Source: Candidatus Merdivicinus intestinavium (GTDB lineage: Bacteria > Bacillota > Clostridia > Oscillospirales > Ruminococcaceae). Taken from it: a stretch of 64,000 nucleotides of DNA. Positions 34,720 to 43,896 of this stretch are shown in pieces. The stretch lies in contig DVFM01000034.1 in NCBI GenBank assembly GCA_018713245.1, positions 3,835 to 67,834 on the forward strand. Reading direction: 5' to 3'. The position numbers and the translations under genes were made by a program. Each line of letters begins with the position of its first letter. The stretch's first letter is position 1. The notes beneath the pieces were generated by a model. It was not told where the DNA came from. It saw only the letters and a list, made by a program, of their open reading frames with translations, and searched no databases.

Positions 34720-35847
34720 ATGAGAGTGATAATGGTGGGCGGCGGCACCGGCGGGCATATCAACCCCGCCATCGCCATCGCCAATGAAATCAAGGGCAGC
34801 TGCCCCGACGCCGAGATTCTGTTTATCGCCAACCCGGACGGGATGGAAAACACGCTGGTCCCCAAAGCCGGCTATCCGGTGGCCCACATCCGGGTCACCG
34901 GGTTTTACCGCGGGCTGAACCCCAAAAATATCCTCCACAACCTGAAAACGGTCTCCTACCTGGCGGGGGCGGATTTCAAGGCGCGGAAGGTCCTGCGGGA
35001 ATTCAAACCCGACGCCGTCATCGGCACGGGGGGCTACCTGAGCGGCCCCATCATGATGGAGGCGCAGAAAATGGGCGTTCCCACCTACCTGCACGAGCAG
35101 AACGCCTTTCCCGGCGTCACCAACAAGCTGCTGGCCAAAAAAGCCTCCATCGTCTTTCTGGCTTTTGAGGAAGCGAAGAAGTACCTGCCCGCCGGCGTGC
35201 GCTGCGAGGTTGTGGGGAACCCGGTGCGCCAGAGCTTCCTCACCGCGGACCGCGCCGCGGCCCGGAAAAAGCTGGGGCTGGACGGCGGATTCACCATCTT
35301 TTCGGTGGGCGGGAGCCTGGGCGCCAACAAAATCAACGAAATGGCCGCCGACCTCATGGCCTGGCACGCGCCGGGGGGGAAGGTGAACCACATCCACGGA
35401 TACGGCCGCCACGGACGGGAAAATTTCCCGAAGCTCCTGGAAGAGCGCGGGCTGGACCTTGCAAAATACCCCCGCATCCGGGCGATGGAGTACATCGACC
35501 AGATGGAGCAGTGCATGACCGCCGCCGACCTCATCATTTCCCGGGCCGGGGCCATCACCATCAGCGAGCTGGAGGTGGTGGGGAAGGCGTCCGTCCTGGT
35601 GCCTTACCCTTACGCGGCGGAAAACCACCAGTATTACAACGCCAAGGTGCTGGAGGACCACGGCGCGGCCGTCCTCATTGAAGAAAAGGACTACAGCCGG
35701 GAGAAGCTCCTGGGGCTGGTGGAGGAAATGGCTGCGGACCCCGCGCGGACCGAAGCCCTCGGGCGGAACGCCGCCTCCCTGGCGGTATATGACACGGCGG
35801 AGCGGATCTGCCGGACGATTCTTGCCGATCTGCGGCAGAAAAAGTAA
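34720..35847 (+). CDS. murG: UDP-N-acetylglucosamine--LPS-independent lipid I transferase MurG
   Basis: Start at ATG 34720 (MRVIMVGGGTGGHINPAIA). C-terminal SRAGAITISEL block. Confidence 0.9.
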   Translation: MRVIMVGGGTGGHINPAIAIANEIKGSCPDAEILFIANPDGMENTLVPKAGYPVAHIRVTGFYRGLNPKNILHNLKTVSYLAGADFKARKVLREFKPDAVIGTGGYLSGPIMMEAQKMGVPTYLHEQNAFPGVTNKLLAKKASIVFLAFEEAKKYLPAGVRCEVVGNPVRQSFLTADRAAARKKLGLDGGFTIFSVGGSLGANKINEMAADLMAWHAPGGKVNHIHGYGRHGRENFPKLLEERGLDLAKYPRIRAMEYIDQMEQCMTAADLIISRAGAITISELEVVGKASVLVPYPYAAENHQYYNAKVLEDHGAAVLIEEKDYSREKLLGLVEEMAADPARTEALGRNAASLAVYDTAERICRTILADLRQKK

Positions 35848-35968
35848 CCGGGCGCGGCCCGGTTATTGCCGGCATTCGCGGCGGACAAGCCCCCCGGGAA
35901 CCACTTCCGGGGCGGATGCATAGGATGGCTTGTAGGAAACCGCGCAATGCTTGGAAGGGAGTGTTTCA

Positions 35969-37228
35969 ATGGAACGGCTGATGATTACCGGACAGGTCCC
36001 GCTGAGGGGCGAGGTGGAGGTCCACGGGGCGAAAAACAGCTCGCTGCCCCTGCTGGCAGCCGCTGTCCTTTGCCGCGGCCAGACGGTTTTACATAACTGT
36101 CCGGACCTGTCGGATGTTTCGGCGGCCTGCGAAATCCTGTCCTACCTGGGGTGCCGGGTGGAACGGGAAGGGCGGACCGTGATAATTGATACGGAGGGGC
36201 TGTGCCGCCACAGCGTGCCGGACAGCCTGATGCGGGAGATGCGCTCGTCCATCGTGTTTCTGGGGGCCATCGCCGCCCGGATGGGCCAGGCGGAGCTGAG
36301 CTTCCCCGGCGGCTGCGAGCTGGGGCCGCGCCCCATCGACCTGCACCTGTCCGCCCTGCGCAAGCTGGGGCTTCAGATTGAGGAGCAGCACGGCGGGCTT
36401 CTCTGCCGCTCGGAGGGGCGGATGCGGGGGACGCAGCTTACGCTGTCTTTCCCCAGCGTCGGGGCCACCGAGAATATCCTCCTGGCGGCGGCGACCGCTA
36501 GGGGGCGGACCGTCCTCAACAACGCCGCCCGGGAGCCGGAGATTACCGACCTTGCGGATTTTCTGAACGACTGCGGCGCCAAAATCAGCGGGGCCGGGGA
36601 GGGCGTGATTGTCATCGACGGGGTGGAAACCCTGACCGGCTGTGAGCACCGGGTCATCCCGGACCGCATCGTGGCGGCAACCTTTTTGAGCTGCGCCGCC
36701 TGCACCGGCGGGGATGTGCGGGTCCGGAAGGTGGAACCCGCCCACCTGGCGGGGGTTCTGCCCATATTCGAGGAGATGGGCTGCCGGCTGGAATGCGGCG
36801 CGGACTCGGTCCGCCTCCGCGCTCCGGAACGGCTCCGGGCTGTGCGGGATGTCCGCACCATGCCGTATCCCGGCTTCCCCACCGACGCGCAGGCCCCCGT
36901 GATGGCTGCGGCGGCCCTGGCGGAGGGAACCTCCGTCTTTGTGGAGAACATCTTTGAAAGCCGCTACAAGCATGCCGCGGAACTGCGGCGGATGGGCGCG
37001 CAGATCAAGCTGGAGGGCCGTGTGGCGCTGGTGGAAGGCGTGCCGAAGCTGTACGGTGCGGAGGTGTTCTGCACCGACCTGCGTGGCGGGGCGGCGCTGG
37101 TGGCCGCCGGGCTTGCCGCCGAAGGGACCACGGTCCTGCGGGATATCCACCACATCGACCGGGGCTATGAGCGCATCGAGGAAGCGCTCCGTCCGCTGGG
37201 CGCCCGGATTGTCCGGGAACAGGACTGA
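35969..37228 (+). CDS. murA: UDP-N-acetylglucosamine 1-carboxyvinyltransferase
   Basis: Start at ATG 35969 (MERLMITG). GAKNSSLPLLAAAVL. Active-site loop GGCELGPRPIDLH retains the Cys. Confidence 0.9.
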   Translation: MERLMITGQVPLRGEVEVHGAKNSSLPLLAAAVLCRGQTVLHNCPDLSDVSAACEILSYLGCRVEREGRTVIIDTEGLCRHSVPDSLMREMRSSIVFLGAIAARMGQAELSFPGGCELGPRPIDLHLSALRKLGLQIEEQHGGLLCRSEGRMRGTQLTLSFPSVGATENILLAAATARGRTVLNNAAREPEITDLADFLNDCGAKISGAGEGVIVIDGVETLTGCEHRVIPDRIVAATFLSCAACTGGDVRVRKVEPAHLAGVLPIFEEMGCRLECGADSVRLRAPERLRAVRDVRTMPYPGFPTDAQAPVMAAAALAEGTSVFVENIFESRYKHAAELRRMGAQIKLEGRVALVEGVPKLYGAEVFCTDLRGGAALVAAGLAAEGTTVLRDIHHIDRGYERIEEALRPLGARIVREQD

Positions 37229-37263
37229 GCGGAAAAATTTTAGGAGAAGGGAGGGCGGTAAGG

Positions 37264-38538
37264 ATGCCCCAGAAAAAGCAGAAGCGGCCGCCGCGCAGGC
37301 AGGCGGCCGGGCAGCCGCCCGCCCGGGGTACTCATCAGCCGCCCCGGCGCAGCCCGCCGCCCCGTCCTCCCGCCTCCCGGCAGTCCGGACGGAGGCCCCC
37401 GCCCCAGCAGCCCCCCCGCCGTCCCAGGCGGGCAGAGCCGGCCAGGTCCGAAAGCATCCGCCAGGTGCAGAAGCACCGCCGCCAGAAACGGAAGCGCAAT
37501 TACACCCTTTACTACATCCTGCTTTTCCTGTTTTTGAGCACCACCGGCATCGTGCTCTCCCTCACCGTGTTTTTCAACATTGAATCCATCCGGGTGGAGG
37601 GGAGTGCCCTTTACGGCGAGGAGGAGGTCCTCTCCCTTCTGGAAATCAAAACAGGGGACAACCTCCTCCGTGTGGACACCGGTTCGGCGGAGGACGCCCT
37701 TCTCGGGGCGCTGACCCGGGCGGACAGCGTGAAGGTCAGCCGTTCCTTCCCCAACGCCCTGACCGTCACCATCACCGACGGCGTCCCTTCCGCCCAGCTT
37801 TCCAGCGGCGGGCAGTGCTTCGTTGTCAGCCAGAGCGGCCGCATCCTTTCCGTCGGGAGCGAGCCGGAACCCGGGAGCGGCATCCTGATTATGGGCGTGG
37901 ACCTGACCGGCGCGGCGGAAGGAGATTACGTGGAAAAGGTCCAGCAGCGCAATTGGGAGGAGGCTTCCGCGCTGGCGGAGGAAAACGACGAGCCGGAGCC
38001 GGAAATGCCGGACGACCTTCAGAATGTCCGGACCTTTTTCGCGGCGCTCCGGCAGGCGGAGTACAGCGGCGTAACGGCGGTGGACCTCACCGACAGCCTC
38101 TCGCTGACGCTTTACTGGGAAAACCGCATCGAGATTCAGCTGGGTTCCTTTTCGGAGCTCTCGTACAAGCTCGCTTTCGCCAAGACGCTGCTGACAGACC
38201 CGCAGTACGCGGATATTATCACGCCGGAGTCCACGGGAGTTCTGGACGTGCAGGATACGGCGTCCGGCGTCCAGTTTTTCCCCAGCGAGGAGATGACGGT
38301 TCCCGGGGACGGGGTCAGCGTCTGGAACTGGGACGACGGCCGGGAGGAAGAAAATGCGCCGGAGGGCGGGGAGGAATCCTCTCCGGCGGAATCTTCCGCA
38401 GAGGAGCCCGCGGAGAGTTCCGCCGCGGAGGAGACGCCGGATGAGGGGGAAAATCCCTCCTCCCTGCCGGCGGAATCCGCCGGCGGGGAGCCTTCCGGAG
38501 GGGATGTTTCCCAGGACACCCCTTCTTCGACCGCTTAG
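37264..38538 (+). CDS. ftsQ: FtsQ/DivIB-type cell division protein with an Arg/Pro-rich N-tail and an acidic C-tail
   Basis: TM helix YYILLFLFLSTTGIVLSLTVFF, followed by a POTRA-like region (IESIRVEGSALYGEEEVLSLLEIKTGDNLL). Position immediately before ftsZ. Confidence 0.7.
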   Translation: MPQKKQKRPPRRQAAGQPPARGTHQPPRRSPPPRPPASRQSGRRPPPQQPPRRPRRAEPARSESIRQVQKHRRQKRKRNYTLYYILLFLFLSTTGIVLSLTVFFNIESIRVEGSALYGEEEVLSLLEIKTGDNLLRVDTGSAEDALLGALTRADSVKVSRSFPNALTVTITDGVPSAQLSSGGQCFVVSQSGRILSVGSEPEPGSGILIMGVDLTGAAEGDYVEKVQQRNWEEASALAEENDEPEPEMPDDLQNVRTFFAALRQAEYSGVTAVDLTDSLSLTLYWENRIEIQLGSFSELSYKLAFAKTLLTDPQYADIITPESTGVLDVQDTASGVQFFPSEEMTVPGDGVSVWNWDDGREEENAPEGGEESSPAESSAEEPAESSAAEETPDEGENPSSLPAESAGGEPSGGDVSQDTPSSTA

Positions 38539-38546
38539 AACAAAAG

Positions 38547-38583
38547 AAATGCGGATTTTCCAGAATAAAATCGCATTTTTCTA
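38547..38583 (+). terminator. Terminator-like hairpin after ftsQ
   Basis: AAATGCGGATTTT / AAAATCGCATTT stem with one bulge, then a T-run. Confidence 0.55.
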
Positions 38584-38595
38584 TTGAATTTTCGG

Positions 38596-38624
38596 TTGAA
38601 ATCTGCTACGATTATATTTAGAAT
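38596..38624 (+). promoter_or_regulatory. Candidate sigma-A promoter of ftsZ
   Basis: TTGAAA, 17 nt, TAGAAT, about 80 nt upstream of ATG 38705. Confidence 0.55.
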
Positions 38625-38704
38625 ATTTTTCGGGATGTTCTGCAAAAAAATGAATACGGTACAGCGAAAGCAGTCGCTTTCCCATAAACTAGGAGGACGT
38701 AGGA

Positions 38705-39820
38705 ATGCCTTTTACTTTAGAAAATGATATGCAGAGGACAGTGGATATCAAGGTGATCGGCGTGGGCGGCGCCGGCGGCAATGCGGTCAACCGGATGGTG
38801 GACGACGGCGTCAAGGACGTTGATTTTATCGCGGTCAATACCGACCGCCAGGTTTTGGATATTTCCCGTGCGGAGTATAAGATTCAGATCGGTGAAAAAA
38901 CCTCCAAGGGCCAGGGCGCGGGCGGCAACCCCGAGCGCGGGGCCCAGTCGGCCGAGGAAAGCCGCGAGGAAATCGCCGCAGCCATGAAGGGCGCGCAGAT
39001 GGTCTTTATCACCGCCGGCATGGGCGGCGGCACCGGCACGGGCGCAGCTCCCGTCGTGGCGGATATTGCCCGGGAGATGGGCATCCTGACCATCGGCGTC
39101 GTGACCAAGCCCTTCAGCTATGAGGGCAAACGCCGGATGAAATACGCCGAAGAGGGCATCGCCGCCTTGAGCAAGGTGGTGGACTCCCTGGTGATTATCC
39201 CCAACGACCGCATCCGCCAGGTCATCGACCAGAAGACCTCCTTTAAGGACGCCTTCAAGGTTGTGGACGGCGTGCTCAAGCAGGGCATCCAGAGCATTTC
39301 CGACCTTATCAACACCGACGGCTTCGTCAATCTGGACTTTGCGGACCTCTGCTCCGTCATGCGGGACGCCGGCATCGCCCACATGGGCGTCGGCTACGCC
39401 AGCGGCAAGGACAAGGCGGAGGCTGCCGCCGATATGGCCATCTCCAGCCCCCTGCTGGAAACCTCCATTACCGGCGCGAAGGCGGTCATTATCAATATCT
39501 GCGCCTCCAACGACCTGCTTTACGAAGATGCGGAGTTTGTCTCCACCATGATCGAAAAAGCGGCCCATCCGGACGCGGCGATTTACTGGGGCCTTGTGTT
39601 CGACGACAGCATGAACGACGAGATCCGCGTCACGGTTATCGCCACCGGCTTTGACGAGGACTACACCTCCGGCCTGGAGGATAAGTCCAAAGCCCGGGTA
39701 GGCGGCGGAAACGCCAAGGAAGCGCCCGCCGGAGAAGGGGAAGCTGCGCCGAAAAAGGCTGCGCCCACCACTCTGGACGACGATTTCGACGCGATTTTGA
39801 ACATTTTCAATTCCAAATAA
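38705..39820 (+). CDS. ftsZ: Cell division GTPase FtsZ
   Basis: [13 protein letters not shown] and the tubulin signature [20 protein letters not shown]. Confidence 0.95.
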   Translation: MPFTLENDMQRTVDIKVIGVGGAGGNAVNRMVDDGVKDVDFIAVNTDRQVLDISRAEYKIQIGEKTSKGQGAGGNPERGAQSAEESREEIAAAMKGAQMVFITAGMGGGTGTGAAPVVADIAREMGILTIGVVTKPFSYEGKRRMKYAEEGIAALSKVVDSLVIIPNDRIRQVIDQKTSFKDAFKVVDGVLKQGIQSISDLINTDGFVNLDFADLCSVMRDAGIAHMGVGYASGKDKAEAAADMAISSPLLETSITGAKAVIINICASNDLLYEDAEFVSTMIEKAAHPDAAIYWGLVFDDSMNDEIRVTVIATGFDEDYTSGLEDKSKARVGGGNAKEAPAGEGEAAPKKAAPTTLDDDFDAILNIFNSK

Positions 39821-39964
39821 TCACGAATGAACGGCGGCAAGAGGATCAGGCGTCCTTTTGCCGCCTGTGAACACGAAAGGACGGCAGTCCGGTATCCTTC
39901 CTTGTGACGGGCGAGGGAGGATATTTTTCTATGATTTCTGCCCGGTGGAAAGGATGGAACGAAT

Positions 39965-41896
39965 TTGTGCGGATTTGTAGGGATGTTTGACTGGAAGCGG
40001 GAAGCGGACGCGGAGAAGATGATGACGGGTATGTCTACGGCGATCCGGCACCGCGGCCCCGACGACAGCCAGTACCTGCGGAAGGACGGCTTCCACATCG
40101 CCTTCCGGCGGCTGTCCATTATCGACCTGGATACGGGTGCGCAGCCGTTTACGTCGGAGGACGGCCGGTTTACGGCGGTGTTCAACGGGGAGATTTACAA
40201 CTACCGCGACCTGCGCAAACCCCTGATGGAGGAGGGCGTCGAATTCCGGACCAATTCGGAAATCGAGGTCATTGTAGCCCTTTACCGGAAATACGGCCCG
40301 GATTTTATCGGCATGCTGCGGGGGATGTTTGCCATCCTCATTTACGATTCCGAGGAAAAGAGCGTCTTTGCCGGACGGGACTACTTCGGCATCAAGCCCC
40401 TCTATTACCGCGTCGCGGACGGGGCGGTGCTGTTTGCGTCGGAACTCAAGGCGTTTCTGTTTGACGAGGAATACGGCGAATTCCGGGTGGACCCTTCCAT
40501 GCTCCAGCATTATTTCACCTTCCAGTATGTCCCGGAACCCCACACCCTCACCCCCGGCATCAGCGTGCTGGAGGCCGCCCATTATATGACGGTGAGCAGC
40601 AACGGCCGGGTGCAGACCAAGCGCTATTTCTCCCCGGACTTCCAGAAGCCTTCGGAGGAGAGCTTCGAGGAAAAGGCCAGGAAGCTGCGGAAGGTGCTCA
40701 CCGAGTCGGTGGAGTACCATATGATTTCCGATGTGGAGGTGGGGACCTTCCTGTCCAGCGGCATCGACTCCGCCGTCATCACCGCCATCGCCAGCCGGCT
40801 GAATCCCGGCATCAAGGCGCTGACCGTGGGCTTTGACGTGGCCTCCTACAGCGAGGTGGACGACGCCCACGAGATCGCCAAGCACCTGAACGTGGAGCAC
40901 ATTGTCCTCAAGGGCAACTGCCGTCAGTTCCAGGACGCCTTTGAAAAGGTGGTGTTCGCCCTGGATTCGCCGGTGGCGGACCCCTCCACCGTGGCCATTT
41001 ATATGATTGCCCGGGAGTCGGCGCGGCATGTGAAGGTGATGCTCTCCGGCGAGGGTTCCGACGAGCTGTTCGCCGGCTATAAGACCTACCGGGATTCCCT
41101 GGGCGCCGGGCGGTTCGAGGATGCGCCGGGCTTTGTGAAAGCCGCCTGCCGGGGGCTGTCCCATGTGATCCCGGAGGGCGTGAAGGGGAAAAACTTCCTC
41201 ATGCGCGCCGGGATGCCGCTGGAGGAGCGGTATGTGGGCAACGCCTTCCTGTTTAACGAAAAGCAGAAAAAGGCGTTTCTCAAATGCTGGAACCCGAACC
41301 AGAGCTACACGGAGCTCACCCGCCCCTACTACGAGCAGGTGGCGGACCGGGACCCCCTCATCAAAATGCAGCATATCGACATTGCCACCTGGCTCAAGGG
41401 GGATATCCTGGTGAAGGGGGACCGCCTGAGCATGGGCAATTCCCTGGAGGTGCGGGTTCCCTTTCTGGACAAGGAGGTTTTCAAATTCGCCTCCACCCTG
41501 AAGGACACCGACAAGCTCCAGAACGGCACCACCAAATATATCCTCCGCTATGCGTTCCAGGACTATGTGGATCCGGCCACCTTCATGCGCCCCAAGCTGG
41601 GCTACCCGGTGCCGGTGCGGGTCTGGCTCAAAAACGAGCTGTACGAATGGGCCCGGGACATCATCCGGAGCTCCAAAGCGGACGACTATATTGACAGGCA
41701 GGCGGCGCTGAAGATGCTGGAGGACCACCGCACGGGGAAAGCGGACAATTACCGCAAGCTCTGGTCCATCCTGGTGTTCATCACCTGGCACCGCCTTTAT
41801 ATCGCCGAGGCGGACAAAACGCGGGAGCGCATCCTCCGCGGCGAGCTTTCCTACTCCCAGCGCAACGCCTGGTTTGACCGCGGGGAAATTCACTGA
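39965..41896 (+). CDS. asnB: Asparagine synthase (glutamine-hydrolysing)
   Basis: TTG start gives the obligatory N-terminal Met-Cys-Gly of class II amidotransferases (MCGFVGMF). SGGIDSS-like PP-loop (LSSGIDSAV). Confidence 0.9.
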   Translation: MCGFVGMFDWKREADAEKMMTGMSTAIRHRGPDDSQYLRKDGFHIAFRRLSIIDLDTGAQPFTSEDGRFTAVFNGEIYNYRDLRKPLMEEGVEFRTNSEIEVIVALYRKYGPDFIGMLRGMFAILIYDSEEKSVFAGRDYFGIKPLYYRVADGAVLFASELKAFLFDEEYGEFRVDPSMLQHYFTFQYVPEPHTLTPGISVLEAAHYMTVSSNGRVQTKRYFSPDFQKPSEESFEEKARKLRKVLTESVEYHMISDVEVGTFLSSGIDSAVITAIASRLNPGIKALTVGFDVASYSEVDDAHEIAKHLNVEHIVLKGNCRQFQDAFEKVVFALDSPVADPSTVAIYMIARESARHVKVMLSGEGSDELFAGYKTYRDSLGAGRFEDAPGFVKAACRGLSHVIPEGVKGKNFLMRAGMPLEERYVGNAFLFNEKQKKAFLKCWNPNQSYTELTRPYYEQVADRDPLIKMQHIDIATWLKGDILVKGDRLSMGNSLEVRVPFLDKEVFKFASTLKDTDKLQNGTTKYILRYAFQDYVDPATFMRPKLGYPVPVRVWLKNELYEWARDIIRSSKADDYIDRQAALKMLEDHRTGKADNYRKLWSILVFITWHRLYIAEADKTRERILRGELSYSQRNAWFDRGEIH

Positions 41897-41916
41897 CTGA
41901 AAGAAAGGACGACATC

Positions 41917-43074
41917 ATGTTACTGATACACGGCAACATTCTGACCATGGAGGAACTGAACTATCCGGACGGCTATCTTCAGATCGAGGGCGGCGTCATC
42001 AAGGCCATCGGCCCCATGTCTGAGGTGCCCGCCGATGAAACAGTGGTGGATCTGGACGGCAAGACCGTCCTGCCGGGCTTTGTGGACGCCCACAGCCATC
42101 TGGGCATGTGGGAGGACGGCCTGGGCTTTGAGGGGGACGACGGCAACGAAAGCACCGATCCCGTCACCCCCCAGCTTCGCGCCATCGATGCCCTGAACCC
42201 CCTGGACCGCACCTTTGAGGAGGCCCGCCGCGGCGGCGTCACCACCGTCCTCACCGGCCCCGGCAGCGCCAACCCCATCTCCGGCCAGTGGGCCGCCGTC
42301 AAAACCTGGGGCCGCCGCATCGACGATATGGTTCTGGACCCCGCCATCGGCATGAAGTTTGCCCTGGGCGAAAACCCCAAGACCGTTTACAACGACAAAA
42401 ATACCGCCCCCATGACTCGGATGGCCACCGCTTCCCTGATCCGCGACCAGCTCCGGAAGGCGGAGCGCTATCTGGACGACAAGGAGCGCGCCGACGAGGA
42501 CGAGGATTTCGACCTTCCCGAGTACGACGCCAAGTGCGAGGCGCTGATCCCGGTGCTGGAGCGGGAGCAGAAAGCCTTCTTCCACGCCCACCGCGCCGAC
42601 GACATTTTTACCGCCATCCGCATCGCCAGGGAGTTTAAGCTGGACCTGGTAATCGTCCACTGTACCGAAGGGCACCTGGTGCGGGATATCCTGGCGGCCG
42701 AAGGGGTCAAGGCCATTGCCGGCCCCGTTTTGTGCGACCGATCCAAGCCGGAGCTTCGGAACCTCTTGGTGGAGGGCCCCGCCCTCCTGCACGAAGCGGG
42801 CATCCACGCGGCGCTGTGCACCGACCACCCGGTGATCCCCATCCAGTACCTCCCCCTCTGCGCCGGGCTCACCATCGGCGCCGGGCTGGACCGGGAGGAG
42901 GCCCTCAAATCCATCACCATCTATGCGGCGGAGGTTGCCGGAATTTCCGACAGGGTGGGTTCCCTGGCCCCCGGCAAGGACGCGGACCTGGTCATTTATG
43001 ACGAGGACGCCGACCCCTGCGGCCCCTACGCCCACCCCTGTATGGTCTTTATCAACGGGCAGCAGGTGGTCTGA
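41917..43074 (+). CDS. Amidohydrolase-superfamily metallo-hydrolase
   Basis: N-terminal beta-sandwich plus the PGFVDAHSHLG metal-binding motif; later HxxxD-type blocks. Confidence 0.75.
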   Translation: MLLIHGNILTMEELNYPDGYLQIEGGVIKAIGPMSEVPADETVVDLDGKTVLPGFVDAHSHLGMWEDGLGFEGDDGNESTDPVTPQLRAIDALNPLDRTFEEARRGGVTTVLTGPGSANPISGQWAAVKTWGRRIDDMVLDPAIGMKFALGENPKTVYNDKNTAPMTRMATASLIRDQLRKAERYLDDKERADEDEDFDLPEYDAKCEALIPVLEREQKAFFHAHRADDIFTAIRIAREFKLDLVIVHCTEGHLVRDILAAEGVKAIAGPVLCDRSKPELRNLLVEGPALLHEAGIHAALCTDHPVIPIQYLPLCAGLTIGAGLDREEALKSITIYAAEVAGISDRVGSLAPGKDADLVIYDEDADPCGPYAHPCMVFINGQQVV

Positions 43075-43156
43075 GCCGGGCTCCGAGGAAACTGTGAACT
43101 TTTTGCGCTTCTTTTCCGAAAAAATTTAAAATACGCTGGATTTTTCTGTGGAAATA

Positions 43157-43165
43157 TGGTATAAT
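43157..43165 (+). promoter_or_regulatory. Extended -10 element (TGGTATAAT) upstream of hpf
   Basis: TGnTATAAT match about 50 nt upstream of ATG 43215. Confidence 0.4.
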
Positions 43166-43214
43166 GGTATCACAGGAAAGGAATCCTTTCCAAAATGGAT
43201 TAGGAGGCATGAAG

Positions 43215-43736
43215 ATGAACACAGCTTACATTGCAAGAAAAGTGACCCTATCCGATTCGTTCAAGGAACGCGCTGAGATGAAGCTCAGAAAGCTGGACAA
43301 GTTTTTTGACGACGTCAAGACGCAGATCACCGTGTCGGCGCAGAAAGATGTGGCGACCGTGGAGCTCACCGTCTGGGCCAACGGGATGATTTTCCGTGCC
43401 GAGGCCCAAAACGCCGATAAGCTGGATGCTTTGGACGAAGCCATCGAGAACCTGATCCGTCGTATCCGTAAAAACAAGACCCGGTTGCAGAAAAAAGTGA
43501 AGGCGTCTGGCTTTGAGATTCCGGGAGAAGCCCCCGTGGAGGAAGAAGTCGATTACGACGTCATCCGCACAAAGGAGGTTTCCCTGCGGCCCATGACGCT
43601 GGAGGAAGCGATTTTGCAGATGAACATGCTGGGACACACCTTCTTTGTATTTCTGAACGGGGAAACGGGCGCGGTCAATGTGGTTTATCGCCGGAACAAC
43701 GGCGGCTGCGGGGTTATCGTGCCGGTCAAGGAATAA
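43215..43736 (+). CDS. hpf: Ribosome hibernation-promoting factor, long form
   Basis: Start at ATG 43215, 7 nt after AGGAGG. N-terminal S30AE fold and a C-terminal dimerisation block (KPMTLEEAILQMNMLGHTFFVFLNGETGAVNVVYRR). Confidence 0.85.
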   Translation: MNTAYIARKVTLSDSFKERAEMKLRKLDKFFDDVKTQITVSAQKDVATVELTVWANGMIFRAEAQNADKLDALDEAIENLIRRIRKNKTRLQKKVKASGFEIPGEAPVEEEVDYDVIRTKEVSLRPMTLEEAILQMNMLGHTFFVFLNGETGAVNVVYRRNNGGCGVIVPVKE

Positions 43737-43767
43737 CCTCCGGTCCGGCGAAAGCCGGCTGGATTCA

Positions 43768-43800
43768 AACGGGCGGAGGCGCTGTCTCCGCCCGTTTTTT
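43768..43800 (+). terminator. Intrinsic terminator after hpf
   Basis: AAACGGGCGGAG-gcgctgt-CTCCGCCCGTTTTTT. Confidence 0.75.
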
Positions 43801-43831
43801 GCGTTTTCCCCTTTTCGGGAGGGGATTTTTC

Positions 43832-43840
43832 TGGTATAAT
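43832..43840 (+). promoter_or_regulatory. Extended -10 element (TGGTATAAT) upstream of the THUMP methyltransferase gene
   Basis: TGnTATAAT match. Confidence 0.35.
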
Positions 43841-43896
43841 AGGAAAAGAAAACGCCCTGCGGCGGGCGGCTAAATTCTGACAGAATGGAGAAGAAT

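Noticed and set aside
32904-34865. 653-aa minus-strand ORF
   Set aside because: Antisense to mraY, ftsW and murG.
39929-41893. 654-aa minus-strand ORF
   Set aside because: Antisense to asnB, which has the MCG N-terminus and a PP-loop.
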